Virus record (IMG/VR): IMGVR_UViG_3300037189_006220
Location: 32,001 to 96,000 of that record
Reading direction: 5' to 3' (one strand)
DNA: 64,000 bases
Source: a virus
Shown here: positions 1 to 9,535 of the stretch, piece by piece
Layout of the letters: each line of letters opens with the position of its first letter
Numbering within the stretch: position 1 is the stretch's first letter
The notes under the pieces: model-generated
What the model saw: the letters and a program-made list of their open reading frames with translations, nothing else
Databases searched by the model: none
What the model was told of the DNA's origin: nothing
Translations under genes and position numbers: made by a program

Positions 1-106
1 ACATCCGCAAGTTCAACTCGCAAATCTCCCGCGTAGCAAGTTTTCCGTGTAATCGTAGGAAAAAAGAAACCCCGCTTTCGCGGGGCATCTTTCTTTCACA
101 AGGGAG

Positions 107-439
107 TTATGAAAGTGTCTTGACGAACCATTCGACCTGTTCGTCGGTAAGTCCGAGAGTCTCTCCTTCGTCGTCTGTTCCTCCGGTGAATACGACATTA
201 CCGACAACGATATCAACCGCGCCAAACTTGGCTTGGAACACTGCCGTAGCGAAAGAGTTGGTGAGGTAGCCTTCCAACTTACCTTCCTCGTTGAGCCACA
301 TCGTGAGGTCGTTCTTGAGGTCAATGGCTTGTACCCAGCCGTCAACGGCATCCTGAAGAACCTTGAGCGAACCTTCGGGAGCGTCAAGGTCAATAACCTC
401 GAGGTCCTCCGAGAACGAAACCTTTACTGCTTTTCTCAT
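107..439 (-). CDS. DUF3846-like phage protein
   Basis: LQDAVDGWVQ...MWLNEEGKL...N..AT...IVVGNVVF motif; start reassigned to the ATG after the AAAGG SD. Confidence 0.7.
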   Translation of the reverse strand: MRKAVKVSFSEDLEVIDLDAPEGSLKVLQDAVDGWVQAIDLKNDLTMWLNEEGKLEGYLTNSFATAVFQAKFGAVDIVVGNVVFTGGTDDEGETLGLTDEQVEWFVKTLS

Positions 440-480
440 TTCATTTCCTTTTGTCGTTTGTTTGTGTTGCTGTTGATACA

Positions 481-509
481 AGCATAAGGGCAGACTCAAC
501 ATTTGTCAA
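481..509 (-). promoter_or_regulatory. sigma70/SigA-type promoter (example of many in 1-13 kb)
   Basis: TTGACA-17bp-TATGCT on the minus strand upstream of the 107..439 gene. Confidence 0.8.
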
Positions 510-523
510 GTCTGCCCTGACGC

Positions 524-754
524 TTACTGATTGGCGTGGAAGTAGTCCTGAACCTCCGCGCCACTCTCAAAGGCGTGAGCCTCGAAACCGGCGGAGGTGA
601 GGTTGAGAACCGTGTGGCTCGTGATGAGGTCGCTAGGTGACGACCAGACATCGAAGACCTTGTTGATACCGACCAGCGGAGTTACCTCGTAGGTAAATCC
701 GAGGTTGAAGTCACCGAGGTTCTTACGCTCCGTGTTTTCGATGATGATGAACAT
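524..754 (-). CDS. hypothetical protein
   Basis: ORF with GGGAG SD, start MFIIIEN. Confidence 0.65.
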   Translation of the reverse strand: MFIIIENTERKNLGDFNLGFTYEVTPLVGINKVFDVWSSPSDLITSHTVLNLTSAGFEAHAFESGAEVQDYFHANQ

Positions 755-858
755 TTGTTCTCCCTTGTTGGTTTTGCTTACATACTCAATATAGCAGCTG
801 GCTCTGACATCCGCAAATCGAAGTTGTGTTCTGGCGTGTCGCCCGAGGGCAAGGAGGC

Positions 859-1239
859 TTACGCCTCCTCGTCCTCCTCGTCCTCGTACTCGTCGTCGTA
901 GCAAGAACATTCGGACTCGTACTGCCCGCAGTCCTCGCACTCGTCCTCGTCGGACTCACCTTGTGCGATGAGGCTCATAAAGCCGTCGTTCGCGTCTCCG
1001 TCAATGGTACGAACCGCGCTCACGAAACGGAGCGCACAAGAGTCGTCAAACCATTTCTTGACCGTGGTGAGCATCTCATCGGCGGACATCTCGTCCGCGC
1101 TAATCAGAGCCTCGTAGCCGTACTGTTTCATCAAGTCCATTTGGTGGTCATCCATAAGGACATAAATCTTGTGGCAGGTATCGAACGCGATGCCTCGCGC
1201 GTCGTGGATTGCGTCCTCAACTTTGTCAAAAGTAATCAT
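859..1239 (-). CDS. hypothetical protein with Cys-rich acidic tail
   Basis: IAFDTCHKIYV motif, C-terminal CxxC..CxC plus D/E run; AACGACGAAAGG leader. Confidence 0.75.
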   Translation of the reverse strand: MITFDKVEDAIHDARGIAFDTCHKIYVLMDDHQMDLMKQYGYEALISADEMSADEMLTTVKKWFDDSCALRFVSAVRTIDGDANDGFMSLIAQGESDEDECEDCGQYESECSCYDDEYEDEEDEEA

Positions 1240-1366
1240 CTTGGTTCCCTTTCGTCGTTTCGTAGCATTTGCTACATAACCCATAATACTCACATTCAGA
1301 CTCGTGTCAAGTCCATTTGGCAAATATTTTTTATTGGGTCATCTTCCGTGTAGTTACGGGCAAAAA

Positions 1367-1531
1367 CTAACCCGCGAACCGAAGTTCACGGGCTAGGTTT
1401 GCCGAGCGGGTTCTTGCCCGCTTGTCACGCTTGTCAGCGTGAGTCCCCGCAGCGCTTGACATACGCTTTCCGCGCATTGCCTCCGCGAGCGCGGGATTGG
1501 CTATCCCACGGTGTTTCTTGGCTTTTGCCAT
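1367..1531 (-). CDS. small basic protein (54 aa, below ORF-track cutoff)
   Basis: MAKAKKHRGIANPALAEAMRGKRMSSAAGTHADKRDKRARTR...; leader ACGACGAAGGGAG. Confidence 0.65.
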   Translation of the reverse strand: MAKAKKHRGIANPALAEAMRGKRMSSAAGTHADKRDKRARTRSANLARELRFAG

Positions 1532-1668
1532 TTTCGACTCCCTTCGTCGTTATCTAAATATAACACACTTTCAGTTAGATACAAAACTCAGAAGTTCCGC
1601 TATTTTCCTAGGTAGTACTTTTTCCGTGTAACCGTGACAAAACAAAAACCCGCCGAAGCGGGTGATTG

Positions 1669-1854
1669 TTACGCAACTGACTTTGTAAACCGAGAAAGTT
1701 TGTAAACATTCACGATATTCTCCACCGAGTCAAAACCGTAGGGCATTTCGATTTCGCTTTCGTATCGACCTTCTTGCGCCTCGGCAATGGCAAGTGCGAT
1801 GTATGGATGTAAGTCCTCGGGATAAAGTTCCCTTCAGGTAGTTTCGTTCGTCAT
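1669..1854 (-). pseudogene. small ORF interrupted by in-frame TGA at codon 7
   Basis: MTNETT*RELYPEDLHPYIALAIAEAQ...; AAAGG SD upstream, terminator downstream, TGA at 1834-1836. Confidence 0.55.
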
Positions 1855-1912
1855 TTGTTAGTTCCTTTGTTCAGTCGGATTGTTCCGATAGGGAGAGTTT
1901 ATCAGCCGGTGG

Positions 1913-2224
1913 CTAGTTTGTCAAGTCAAGTACGGGTGACTCCCAATGCCACACGATTTTGCTTGTGTTGCTATCAAGGACTCGGACTGCCGGAAGTGCC
2001 TTGCCCAACTCTTGTGCCTCGCTTGCGTGAGACAAGACATTACAAGCATAGTCACGCGCTCGCTCAATAGCCTCGTCCAAGTCCGTGTGAACAAAGCCGT
2101 GGCTTGGCTCTGATATCCGGTAGCCGTCCCATACGCCTTGTACGCGATAGACCGTAACCATTACCTCGTCCTCGCGAGCGTACTCGCTCCCGTCTTCGTT
2201 GTTTCGTCTGTTCGTCTTTCCCAT
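1913..2224 (-). CDS. hypothetical protein
   Basis: ORF in minus-strand gene run. Confidence 0.55.
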   Translation of the reverse strand: MGKTNRRNNEDGSEYAREDEVMVTVYRVQGVWDGYRISEPSHGFVHTDLDEAIERARDYACNVLSHASEAQELGKALPAVRVLDSNTSKIVWHWESPVLDLTN

Positions 2225-2228
2225 TTTC

Positions 2229-2387
2229 CTAGTCCTGTTCCTTGTTACAAAACTCGCAATAAGTTTCGCCTTTGTCTTCGATAAACTTGTGTTCGCCCGT
2301 CTGATAACACTCGTGGCGACATTCTCCGTGGCAGTCAGACTCTCCGCAACTTTCGCAGATTCCGGTTGCTCCCCAACTGTTTACCAT
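2229..2387 (-). CDS. small Cys-rich Zn-binding protein (52 aa)
   Basis: MVNSWGATGICESCGESDCHGECRHEC...CEFC; GGGAG SD. Confidence 0.6.
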   Translation of the reverse strand: MVNSWGATGICESCGESDCHGECRHECYQTGEHKFIEDKGETYCEFCNKEQD

Positions 2388-2511
2388 TCTTGCTCCCTTG
2401 TTTGTTTCGGTGTGTTGCTTGATATCAAGAGTCTATACCATACCTCTGACAACTTACAAATCGACGCGCCGGAAGAAAGAATACCCGCCTTTCGGCGGGT
2501 ATCCTCACTTG

Positions 2512-2916
2512 CTAGTAGTCCTCGTCTTCGCCTTCCGGCACCGGCACGATTCGGAAGAACGCGCCCAACTCATCGTGGCTCGAACGGGAGCAAGTCAACT
2601 CTGTTCCGTCAAGCGTGAATCGGAGTGTGTAGTCGCTGTTGATTGAGAGTCCGTCGAGAATCTTGTCTGCCGTAATGTTCAGGAATCCTGAAACTCCGCG
2701 CCAGCCCATTCCGTATCCTTCGATTCGGACTCGGGTGTACTCGTCCCAACCATTTGCGTCAAGCCACGGAGCGAGAACGCAGTAGCGGAAGTTTTCTTTC
2801 TCGTCTTCCCAACAACCGTAGCAATAGTCGCTGGCAACGGATTCGCCCGTCTCTTCGTCGTAATACTCGCAAACGCACTGAGTCGTTAGCTCAAACTGAG
2901 TTTTCGTCGTTTCCAT
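2512..2916 (-). CDS. hypothetical protein
   Basis: CxC/CxxC, MGWRGVSG, SHDE motifs; SD present. Confidence 0.75.
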   Translation of the reverse strand: METTKTQFELTTQCVCEYYDEETGESVASDYCYGCWEDEKENFRYCVLAPWLDANGWDEYTRVRIEGYGMGWRGVSGFLNITADKILDGLSINSDYTLRFTLDGTELTCSRSSHDELGAFFRIVPVPEGEDEDY

Positions 2917-3029
2917 TTGTCTTTCCCTTGTTCGTTGTTTCTTGTTCGGAATTGCTTATACGGAGAGTCTATACCCTACCTCTGACAATGAGCAAGTGGA
3001 CGCGCCGAAACGCGTCCACTCGCTATGTC

Positions 3030-3332
3030 CTAGACCGTATCTAGGAAGGTGTATTCGGTGCGTCGGAGCGTGAGGTTGTAAACCTCGGGAGCAATTTCCA
3101 GCATCACCTTGCGGTCGAACGAAGTGTTCACTCCGTCCTTGACGACGATAACGTCAAAGCCATTTGCCGTACCAACGAGAGCCGAACCAAGTGCCTCACG
3201 AAGAATCTTCTCCGCTTGCTTCTTGCTTGCTTTGGCAGCCGCTTCGGCTTCCTTAGCGATTCGGAATTGTGCGAGTGCCTGAATAGCAACCGCGTCCAAC
3301 TCGACCTTAGCCGAGACTTCCTGAGTAGACAT
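3030..3332 (-). CDS. hypothetical protein (coiled coil)
   Basis: ORF with GAAAGGG SD, start MSTQEV. Confidence 0.7.
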   Translation of the reverse strand: MSTQEVSAKVELDAVAIQALAQFRIAKEAEAAAKASKKQAEKILREALGSALVGTANGFDVIVVKDGVNTSFDRKVMLEIAPEVYNLTLRRTEYTFLDTV

Positions 3333-3588
3333 TGTGTCCCTTTCGACCTGCCAAACTTTGGCATTGAGATAAAGATACCGCATATGACTGACACTCGCAA
3401 ATCGACGTGAATCCCGGGCGTGTCGCGCCGTGGCGGAGATTACACGGAAAACCCGTACCTAAAAGAAAAACTCCCCGAAGGGAGTTTCCTTTAGTGAGTT
3501 GCGAATACGATACTCGCAACAACCGTGAGTCCAATGTCAAGGACTAGTAACGCTGTTGCTATCCTGAACAACTTTTGTTCCCGAGTCA

Positions 3589-3981
3589 CTATTCGACCTT
3601 TCCGTCATTACCGTATATGTTCTGGAAGTCTACCGCAATAGAGATAGCGTCGTCAAGCGTGTCGTAGACATTTGAGATTTCGTCTCCGTTTTCGTCGTCG
3701 GTGGAGTCCCAAACCTCAAACCAAGAGTTGTTTATCCACTCAAAGATACCGTCGTAGGTATTTCCCTTGTCTGACCAAGTTTGTAGTTCCTCGTCGGTCT
3801 TGATTCCGAAGTCCATAAGTTGGTCGGTGTAGCGGATAATGTGGCGCGTTCCTTTGTCGTCAATAGCGTTGATACGCATTTCGCCATTACGAACGACATA
3901 GAACCGAGGATTCGCCTCGTCTCGCCAAACCATTTGTGGCGTGTTGTGGTCGGTGTAAAAAGCCGAGTCCTGATTTGTCAT
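3589..3981 (-). CDS. hypothetical protein
   Basis: ORF, start overlaps upstream stop (TAATG). Confidence 0.7.
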   Translation of the reverse strand: MTNQDSAFYTDHNTPQMVWRDEANPRFYVVRNGEMRINAIDDKGTRHIIRYTDQLMDFGIKTDEELQTWSDKGNTYDGIFEWINNSWFEVWDSTDDENGDEISNVYDTLDDAISIAVDFQNIYGNDGKVE

Positions 3982-4184
3982 TACTCCACCTCCTTGACAA
4001 TGCGAAACTCCAAGCCCTCGCCCGTGAACGCATCACGGTACTCGGACTCCTTGGAGAAGTAGAAGAAGATATTGGTATCGTCCTCATCAAGTGAGTTCCA
4101 CGCCTCGTCGATTGAGACGGTGGTCAACAGGTGTTCGCCAATGTTGTCCTTCCACTCAATGAGGACTTTCTTTTCGTAAGCCAT
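3981..4184 (-). CDS. hypothetical protein
   Basis: start MAYEKKV after GACGAAGGG leader. Confidence 0.65.
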   Translation of the reverse strand: MAYEKKVLIEWKDNIGEHLLTTVSIDEAWNSLDEDDTNIFFYFSKESEYRDAFTGEGLEFRIVKEVE

Positions 4185-4318
4185 TTCTTTCCCTTCGTCA
4201 TTTGCGGGCAACTGCCCTACTAAGAACCTTACCAAAATATGCGAGACTCCGCAAGTCAATGTTTTCCGTGTAGCCACGCCAAAGAAAAACTCCCGATTTC
4301 TCGGGAGCCTTTCGGTGG

Positions 4319-4642
4319 TTAGAAAGCGTAAGCCGGTTTCCAAAGTGCCACGCTGACCTCTTGCCACGCCTCTGCGTCGTGACCGCCGATGTTCCACTCA
4401 ATGCGTTCTTCCGTTTCTGGCTTGCCGAGTTCGTAGCGTTTCCAATCGTAGATTGTGGCAACGACTCCGCTGTCAAAGCGGATTACCCATTCCGTGGTGA
4501 CTTTCTCGTTTACGTCTCCGTCGTCCCAAGTCGGTGCGCCAAACACTGCCTCAATCTCGGCGCGAGTCGCTTTGACATATCCGCGGAGGCTCGTGCCATT
4601 GGAAGCATCAAGTGCCTCGTGTGCCGTGAGTGCCTTTGTCAT
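4319..4642 (-). CDS. conserved phage hypothetical protein
   Basis: GTSLRGY...FGAP...KVTTEW...ATIYDWK...WNIGG. Confidence 0.75.
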   Translation of the reverse strand: MTKALTAHEALDASNGTSLRGYVKATRAEIEAVFGAPTWDDGDVNEKVTTEWVIRFDSGVVATIYDWKRYELGKPETEERIEWNIGGHDAEAWQEVSVALWKPAYAF

Positions 4643-4713
4643 TTTGTGCCTTTCGTCATTTATGGGATTAGCCCCATACCCTAAGCGTATCAGAGTATGG
4701 GGCAATCCGCAAG

Positions 4714-5100
4714 TTACTTTTCTGCCGAGATGCTTCGGGCAGTTTCAGGTCGGTTCCAATCAGACTCCGACTCCAGAGTTGCCCAATCGTCTTCAGTCCA
4801 CTCGCTCGTGTCTACAAGCGCGAGTGACGAAGCATCTCCGTAGTTACCATCTTCGGCAAAGTAGGTGAGCGAGTTAGGAAGAACATTCCCATTATGGAAG
4901 CCAAGCGTATTGCTCAACTTTGCGTGGATATCCCAATCAAACTCATCACCATTTTCCATTACCTCATCGGGTCGAACCCAAGTCTGCGTCTCGGGGTCGA
5001 ACCAAGAGTTCGTGCCTTTCCACGCCATAAGAGTTTCGTCGTCGATGAAGAACCGATTGGTGTTCGTGTCGTAGTGGACTACGAAATGGATTTGCGCCAT
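4714..5100 (-). CDS. hypothetical protein
   Basis: ORF with conserved leader; YFAEDGNYGDA motif. Confidence 0.7.
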   Translation of the reverse strand: MAQIHFVVHYDTNTNRFFIDDETLMAWKGTNSWFDPETQTWVRPDEVMENGDEFDWDIHAKLSNTLGFHNGNVLPNSLTYFAEDGNYGDASSLALVDTSEWTEDDWATLESESDWNRPETARSISAEK

Positions 5101-5255
5101 TTCATTTCCTTTCGTCGTTTGCTAGGCAACTTGCCTACATTCATTATTACAGGTATTGACCGCGAGCGCAAGTCCAAGTTCCTAAGCCGGAAGTTACACG
5201 GAAAAAACCTACAGATAAAAAAAAAGAAAGCCCCGCATTTCTGCGGGGCAATCTT

Positions 5256-5771
5256 TTAGTGGACTCGTTCCTCACAAGTCTCTAGAAACTCGCTATCCGA
5301 CGGCAGGTTATTCAGGTCAAACTGCGCGATAACTTTTCCGTCAGTCCAGACTTGGAGGTTGTCGAAGTCCAGCCGTACCGTGTACGCCCACTCGCAATCC
5401 GGCTCGGTGATGAAGTCACGGTTGTCCACAAGCGGAAGTTCCGTGAATGGACTCGTAGCAATCACCTCAAGGATTTTTCCTCCGGTGTCTCGGGAGAGTT
5501 CGGGGTAAGCGCGACTAAATCGCACCGACTCATCCATTGACATCATTCCGTCGCCTCGCTCTGAAAACTTGGCGTGGACTGCGTTCGCCTCATTCTCGGT
5601 AATCCAGCGTACTTGCGGAAGTCGCTCACGAAGTGTAGCGAGGTTGTCCGAGTTGCGGAGGAAGTTCAGAATGGTGATGCCCTGCCCCGAGGGGTAGCCA
5701 TCCCATTGACCGTACTGCGCGACGCGAACCTCGCCTTTATCAATGACCTGTACCAAGTGTCGTGTTCCCAT
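5256..5771 (-). CDS. conserved phage hypothetical protein (MGTR..QWDGYP family)
   Basis: MGTRHL...QYGQWDGYPSGQG...EWAY. Confidence 0.75.
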   Translation of the reverse strand: MGTRHLVQVIDKGEVRVAQYGQWDGYPSGQGITILNFLRNSDNLATLRERLPQVRWITENEANAVHAKFSERGDGMMSMDESVRFSRAYPELSRDTGGKILEVIATSPFTELPLVDNRDFITEPDCEWAYTVRLDFDNLQVWTDGKVIAQFDLNNLPSDSEFLETCEERVH

Positions 5772-5912
5772 TATTGTCCTTTGTCGTTTGTCAAGCCGTG
5801 TTGCTTGATAACTAATCTTCTCATACATTTGTCAAAAACGCAAATCAAGTTTTTCCGTGTAACCGTCAAAAACGAAAAACCCCTACCGAAGTAGGGGAGT
5901 TCCGTTGGGGGT

Positions 5913-6149
5913 CTATCGGGCTGGCTCGTAGATTAGCGAACCTGCTCCGTTGCCTTCTGCGTCGCTTGACGGTATCACGAACGAACCGTCAGAGAAGAAG
6001 ATAACGAAAGCAACCGTTCCGCCGTCAAACCAGAAAAGGTTTTCGAGTTCGTCAGCCATAAGCGGTCTTACGGCTACAACGGTCTTTCCTACGAGTGAGC
6101 CGTACTCTGCCTTGATGAGGTCGAAGTGCGGGATTGTCGGTGTCGTCAT
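5913..6149 (-). CDS. hypothetical protein
   Basis: LVGKTV...PSSDAEGNGAG motif. Confidence 0.7.
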   Translation of the reverse strand: MTTPTIPHFDLIKAEYGSLVGKTVVAVRPLMADELENLFWFDGGTVAFVIFFSDGSFVIPSSDAEGNGAGSLIYEPAR

Positions 6150-6218
6150 TGTTGTCCTTTGTTAGGTGGGCTTGCCCCACGCCCCTATGTTACCAGAGCG
6201 TGGAGCAAACCGCAAGTC

Positions 6219-6605
6219 CTAGACTGTTGCGAGGGACTCGGAGGGAACCGAGACGCGAGTGAAGTCACTCGTACCCCAGTACATATCGTGCCCGATAGTC
6301 CTCGCCTCAATCTCGACGGTAGTGCCCGAGCGGTCGGTGTTCTCCCAGTCGCGGATACGCAGGTCGCCCACGATAACTACGCGGTCGCCCTTCTTGATTG
6401 ACTCCGCCGAGTTGCTGGCAAGGTTGCGGAACGCCGAAACGGTGTACCAGTTGGTGTCAACCGCTACGCTCTCGCCACGGTCATTGGTCTTGTATTGACT
6501 TGACGCGAGTCGGAACGAAGTGATTGCCAGACCCTCGGAGGTTACGAGGTGGCGCGGAGTCGTAGCAACGAGTCCGGTTACGGTAATGGTGTCTCTCTGA
6601 AACAT
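6219..6605 (-). CDS. ssb: single-stranded DNA-binding protein (actinobacterial type, no acidic tail)
   Basis: ITVTGLVATTP...FRLAS...TNWYTVSAFRNLA...KGDRVVIVGDLRIRDW OB fold. Confidence 0.9.
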   Translation of the reverse strand: MFQRDTITVTGLVATTPRHLVTSEGLAITSFRLASSQYKTNDRGESVAVDTNWYTVSAFRNLASNSAESIKKGDRVVIVGDLRIRDWENTDRSGTTVEIEARTIGHDMYWGTSDFTRVSVPSESLATV

Positions 6606-6690
6606 TTTTTGTCCTTTGTGTCGTTTGTTTTTTGTTGAGCGGTTTGCCCTACACCCTAAGCATATCAGAGTGTAGGACAAAGCGCAAGTC

Positions 6691-7338
6691 CTACGCGGAA
6701 ACCGTTTCCCGAGGGCAGTCGGCAAAGAGGTAGTCCTCGTCGCCCCACATACAACCACGGCACTCTTGGTCAAGTGCCTCGTAGTCGGCGTGGCTTGCTG
6801 GAATGTCCCACTCCTTTACAAGAGTAGCAACTCCGTTTTCGATTTCGATAATGCCACCCCAGCCCTGCTCTTCCTCGAAACGGATTTCGACGGAGAGTTC
6901 AGGATGCTGTTCTGCGAGCGCGTTCCATACCGGCATAGGCGTAGACCACGCCGTGTTGATTTGATATGAGATTGAGCCATCGCCGTAGTCGGAGAAGTCT
7001 TCCACGCCAGCGTCCCACTTGGTATTCCAGTTGGAGTTGTTCCACTCGTACCAGTTCCACTCCGTATCACCGAGGCGTTTTCCATCCTTGTACCCCGAGG
7101 TTGAGAAGTAGAGTTCCCACTTGTCTTTTGGCGGAGCAATCAAGTTCCAGAATGAGAAGTCGCCCTCGTCAGAAGTCTCGGGAATGTACCACTCGCCTTC
7201 GACATTTTCGGGGTAGTTCTGTCCCTCGACCAGCGTGGTCTTCTGTTCGGGACGCGGTGCGGAAATCTTGGCGCGGAACGCCTCGACATCCTCGGGCTTG
7301 CCTCCGATGGAGACATAGTTGTAAACCCAGTTTGGCAT
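6691..7338 (-). CDS. DUF1281/YubB ferredoxin-like protein
   Basis: MPNWVYN...WYEWNNSNWNTKWDA...TAWSTP. Confidence 0.8.
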   Translation of the reverse strand: MPNWVYNYVSIGGKPEDVEAFRAKISAPRPEQKTTLVEGQNYPENVEGEWYIPETSDEGDFSFWNLIAPPKDKWELYFSTSGYKDGKRLGDTEWNWYEWNNSNWNTKWDAGVEDFSDYGDGSISYQINTAWSTPMPVWNALAEQHPELSVEIRFEEEQGWGGIIEIENGVATLVKEWDIPASHADYEALDQECRGCMWGDEDYLFADCPRETVSA

Positions 7339-7425
7339 TTCTTGTCCTTGTCGTTTGTCGTTTTATTGGAGGCGGTGTGCCTCTTAGATAACCTTACCAG
7401 TTATTGAGGCACACCGCAAGTTCTG

Positions 7426-7950
7426 TTAGAAGTGGAAGTCCACCGGAACGAGATACCAGTCCTCGGCGTTGCCGTCGGCAATATCTTGGAGAAGGTACTT
7501 GAGCGTCGCCGTGTGGTTCTCAAGGTCAAGGAAGAACGAGTTGCTATTCCAGTTCTCCATAACCATATCGAGAGCCTTGCTAACGCTGTACCCAGCCATA
7601 CTGAACCGCGTCTCCGCGTCAGGCTGACCTTCGGTAGCGATATAGTTCTCAATCGCCGCATTGAGGTCGTACTCTTCGACTGCTTTACGAAGGTAGTTCA
7701 TCTCCTCGACGCGATTGTGGCGAACGCGAGCAATCAGTTCCTCAAACTTGAGAGGGTCTTCGACATACGAGATTGTGTTGACCTCGGTGTCGTGGTACTG
7801 GCTGTCGCCAATAAAGCGTCCACCACCGACTACGAACCAGTCGTACCAGTTTCCGTATGGTCGCTCGTCGCCCTCAAGTATGAGTTTGACATTATCAGTT
7901 GCTTCCTCGGCACTTTCGTCCTTGACCGCAATAAATTGTAGAGTGTGAAT
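7426..7950 (-). CDS. hypothetical protein with probable ATT start
   Basis: Frame is open 83 codons upstream of the track start to ATT-CAC-ACT, 8 nt after the AAGGA SD; WYDWFVVGGGR...WYLVPVDFHF. Confidence 0.6.
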   Translation of the reverse strand: MHTLQFIAVKDESAEEATDNVKLILEGDERPYGNWYDWFVVGGGRFIGDSQYHDTEVNTISYVEDPLKFEELIARVRHNRVEEMNYLRKAVEEYDLNAAIENYIATEGQPDAETRFSMAGYSVSKALDMVMENWNSNSFFLDLENHTATLKYLLQDIADGNAEDWYLVPVDFHF

Positions 7951-8033
7951 GTTTCCATTCCTTTCGTCGTTTGTATAATACGAACTTAGCCTATGGGGGA
8001 GAACCTTGTCAAGTCCTCCCCCACAAGCGGAGA

Positions 8034-8234
8034 TTATGAGACGGAAACCCAGCTCATAGTGGTACGGAGCAAGTGGTCGTAGTCACCGGCAGTTGCCTCA
8101 GTGAAGTAAGCGTCGCACTCGTTCTTTGCCACGCCAGCCCGCTTGAGAGCATTGGAGACGCGACCAAGAATTGCGAAGGCGTTTCCATCTTCGCCAATGA
8201 GGTTGACCTCAACCTCGGGGTACTTTACGGACAT
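8034..8234 (-). CDS. conserved phage hypothetical protein
   Basis: LIGEDGNAFAILGRV...GDYDHLL. Confidence 0.75.
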   Translation of the reverse strand: MSVKYPEVEVNLIGEDGNAFAILGRVSNALKRAGVAKNECDAYFTEATAGDYDHLLRTTMSWVSVS

Positions 8235-8371
8235 TGTGTTCCTTTCGTCGTTTCGGGCTTTCTGCCCTACTAACAAGATAGCAGCTAATGCGTACCTTGT
8301 CAAATCCTTTTTATATTAGATTTTTCCGTGTAAATCGTGGCATAAGAAAAGGCGGGTTTCCCCGCCCCTTC

Positions 8372-8779
8372 CTAGTATGCGACCTGCGTTACGTTCTTAC
8401 CGAGCGAGTGTGCGTAGGTGTCAATCTCTTTCGCGAGGTTGACCTCAAAGGTTTCGCCCTTGTTGTTGACCGCGAGCGCGTATCCCTGAAACCAGCGATA
8501 ACCCTCCGAGCCAACCTCCATCAAGATTGCTACCCAGTCGTCAGCGAGGTGTTCCGCGAGAACCTGCGTCCACTCGATTTCGAGTTCCATCATGTCGTCG
8601 GTGTAGTAGTTCCACGACCAGCCGTCGCCGTCCTGATTGTCACAGAGCGACCACAACTGCTGTTCGCCGTCCTTCTTGCCGACAACCTGAACCGGATAGT
8701 TTTCCATGTCGGCAAGGAACTTTGCCTCGTCCTTGACCGCGAAGTAGTTGGTTCGCGACTGTCCAATGTAGTTCGTCAT
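8372..8779 (-). CDS. conserved phage hypothetical protein
   Basis: RTNYFAVKD...LMEVGSE. Confidence 0.75.
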   Translation of the reverse strand: MTNYIGQSRTNYFAVKDEAKFLADMENYPVQVVGKKDGEQQLWSLCDNQDGDGWSWNYYTDDMMELEIEWTQVLAEHLADDWVAILMEVGSEGYRWFQGYALAVNNKGETFEVNLAKEIDTYAHSLGKNVTQVAY

Positions 8780-8957
8780 TTCATTTCCCTTCGTGGGCGT
8801 TTGCCCTCACTTAGACAATAGCAGCTGAATGCCATCCGTGTCAAATCCTTTCTATAGTAACTTTTTCCGTGTAAACCTTCAGCGGATTTTTACACGGAAA
8901 AACCATCGGGACAAAAAAGAAATCCCCCCGAAGGGGGATGAGGGGATTTCTCTTTTC

Positions 8958-9158
8958 CTAGTCGTCCAGTTCGTCGCAGAAACGGAATGTGTTTCCGTCG
9001 CTGTCTGACGTGTACGACTCGGTGGTTTCTGCATACTCAAACTCACCGTGGACTTCGATTTGAGCCTGAGCAAGTTGCTTAGCTTCGTCTTCGTTCTCAG
9101 CCTCGACGGTCACGGTGTGCGTAATCGTCTCTTCGTAGGTAACTTCGTATCGAGCCAT
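8958..9158 (-). CDS. small hypothetical protein
   Basis: VTVEAENEDEA motif; SD present. Confidence 0.65.
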   Translation of the reverse strand: MARYEVTYEETITHTVTVEAENEDEAKQLAQAQIEVHGEFEYAETTESYTSDSDGNTFRFCDELDD

Positions 9159-9212
9159 TTTGGTTCCCTTTCGTTGTTGGTAGTTCTAACTTACCGTATC
9201 GGTAAGCCGGTG

Positions 9213-9398
9213 TCAAATCGTACTTGCGATAGCGAGCGAGACAACTTTTCCGCCTCCGTCAATGACGGTAGTGTAGTCGCCTTTCCAAAACTTCTTGCTC
9301 GCCTCGTGAAAGTCTGTTGCCTCCACATTGACCACGCCAATGCTAGGCTTGCCATCTTTGAGCGAGATGCTGGTAGTGGTGATTTGGTAGGTAGCCAT
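9213..9398 (-). CDS. hypothetical protein
   Basis: TTGACA-17-TAAAGT promoter (9444-9472) and GACGAAGGG leader upstream. Confidence 0.6.
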   Translation of the reverse strand: MATYQITTTSISLKDGKPSIGVVNVEATDFHEASKKFWKGDYTTVIDGGGKVVSLAIASTI

Positions 9399-9535
9399 TT
9401 TGATTCCCTTCGTCATTTGGTGGTAGCGGTTGCTACATAACCTACTTTACTGGCGCACGCCACCCTTGTCAAGTTAGAGTTCCAGCCGGGAGCAAACAGG
9501 GGGAATAGGAAGGGTAGCCCCCGGCTGGAAGTTTG

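Noticed and set aside
1834-1836. Genome-wide TGA-to-Trp recoding
   Set aside because: Other genes end at TGA with ATGA/GTGA overlaps, TGG is used for Trp, and no suppressor tRNA was found.
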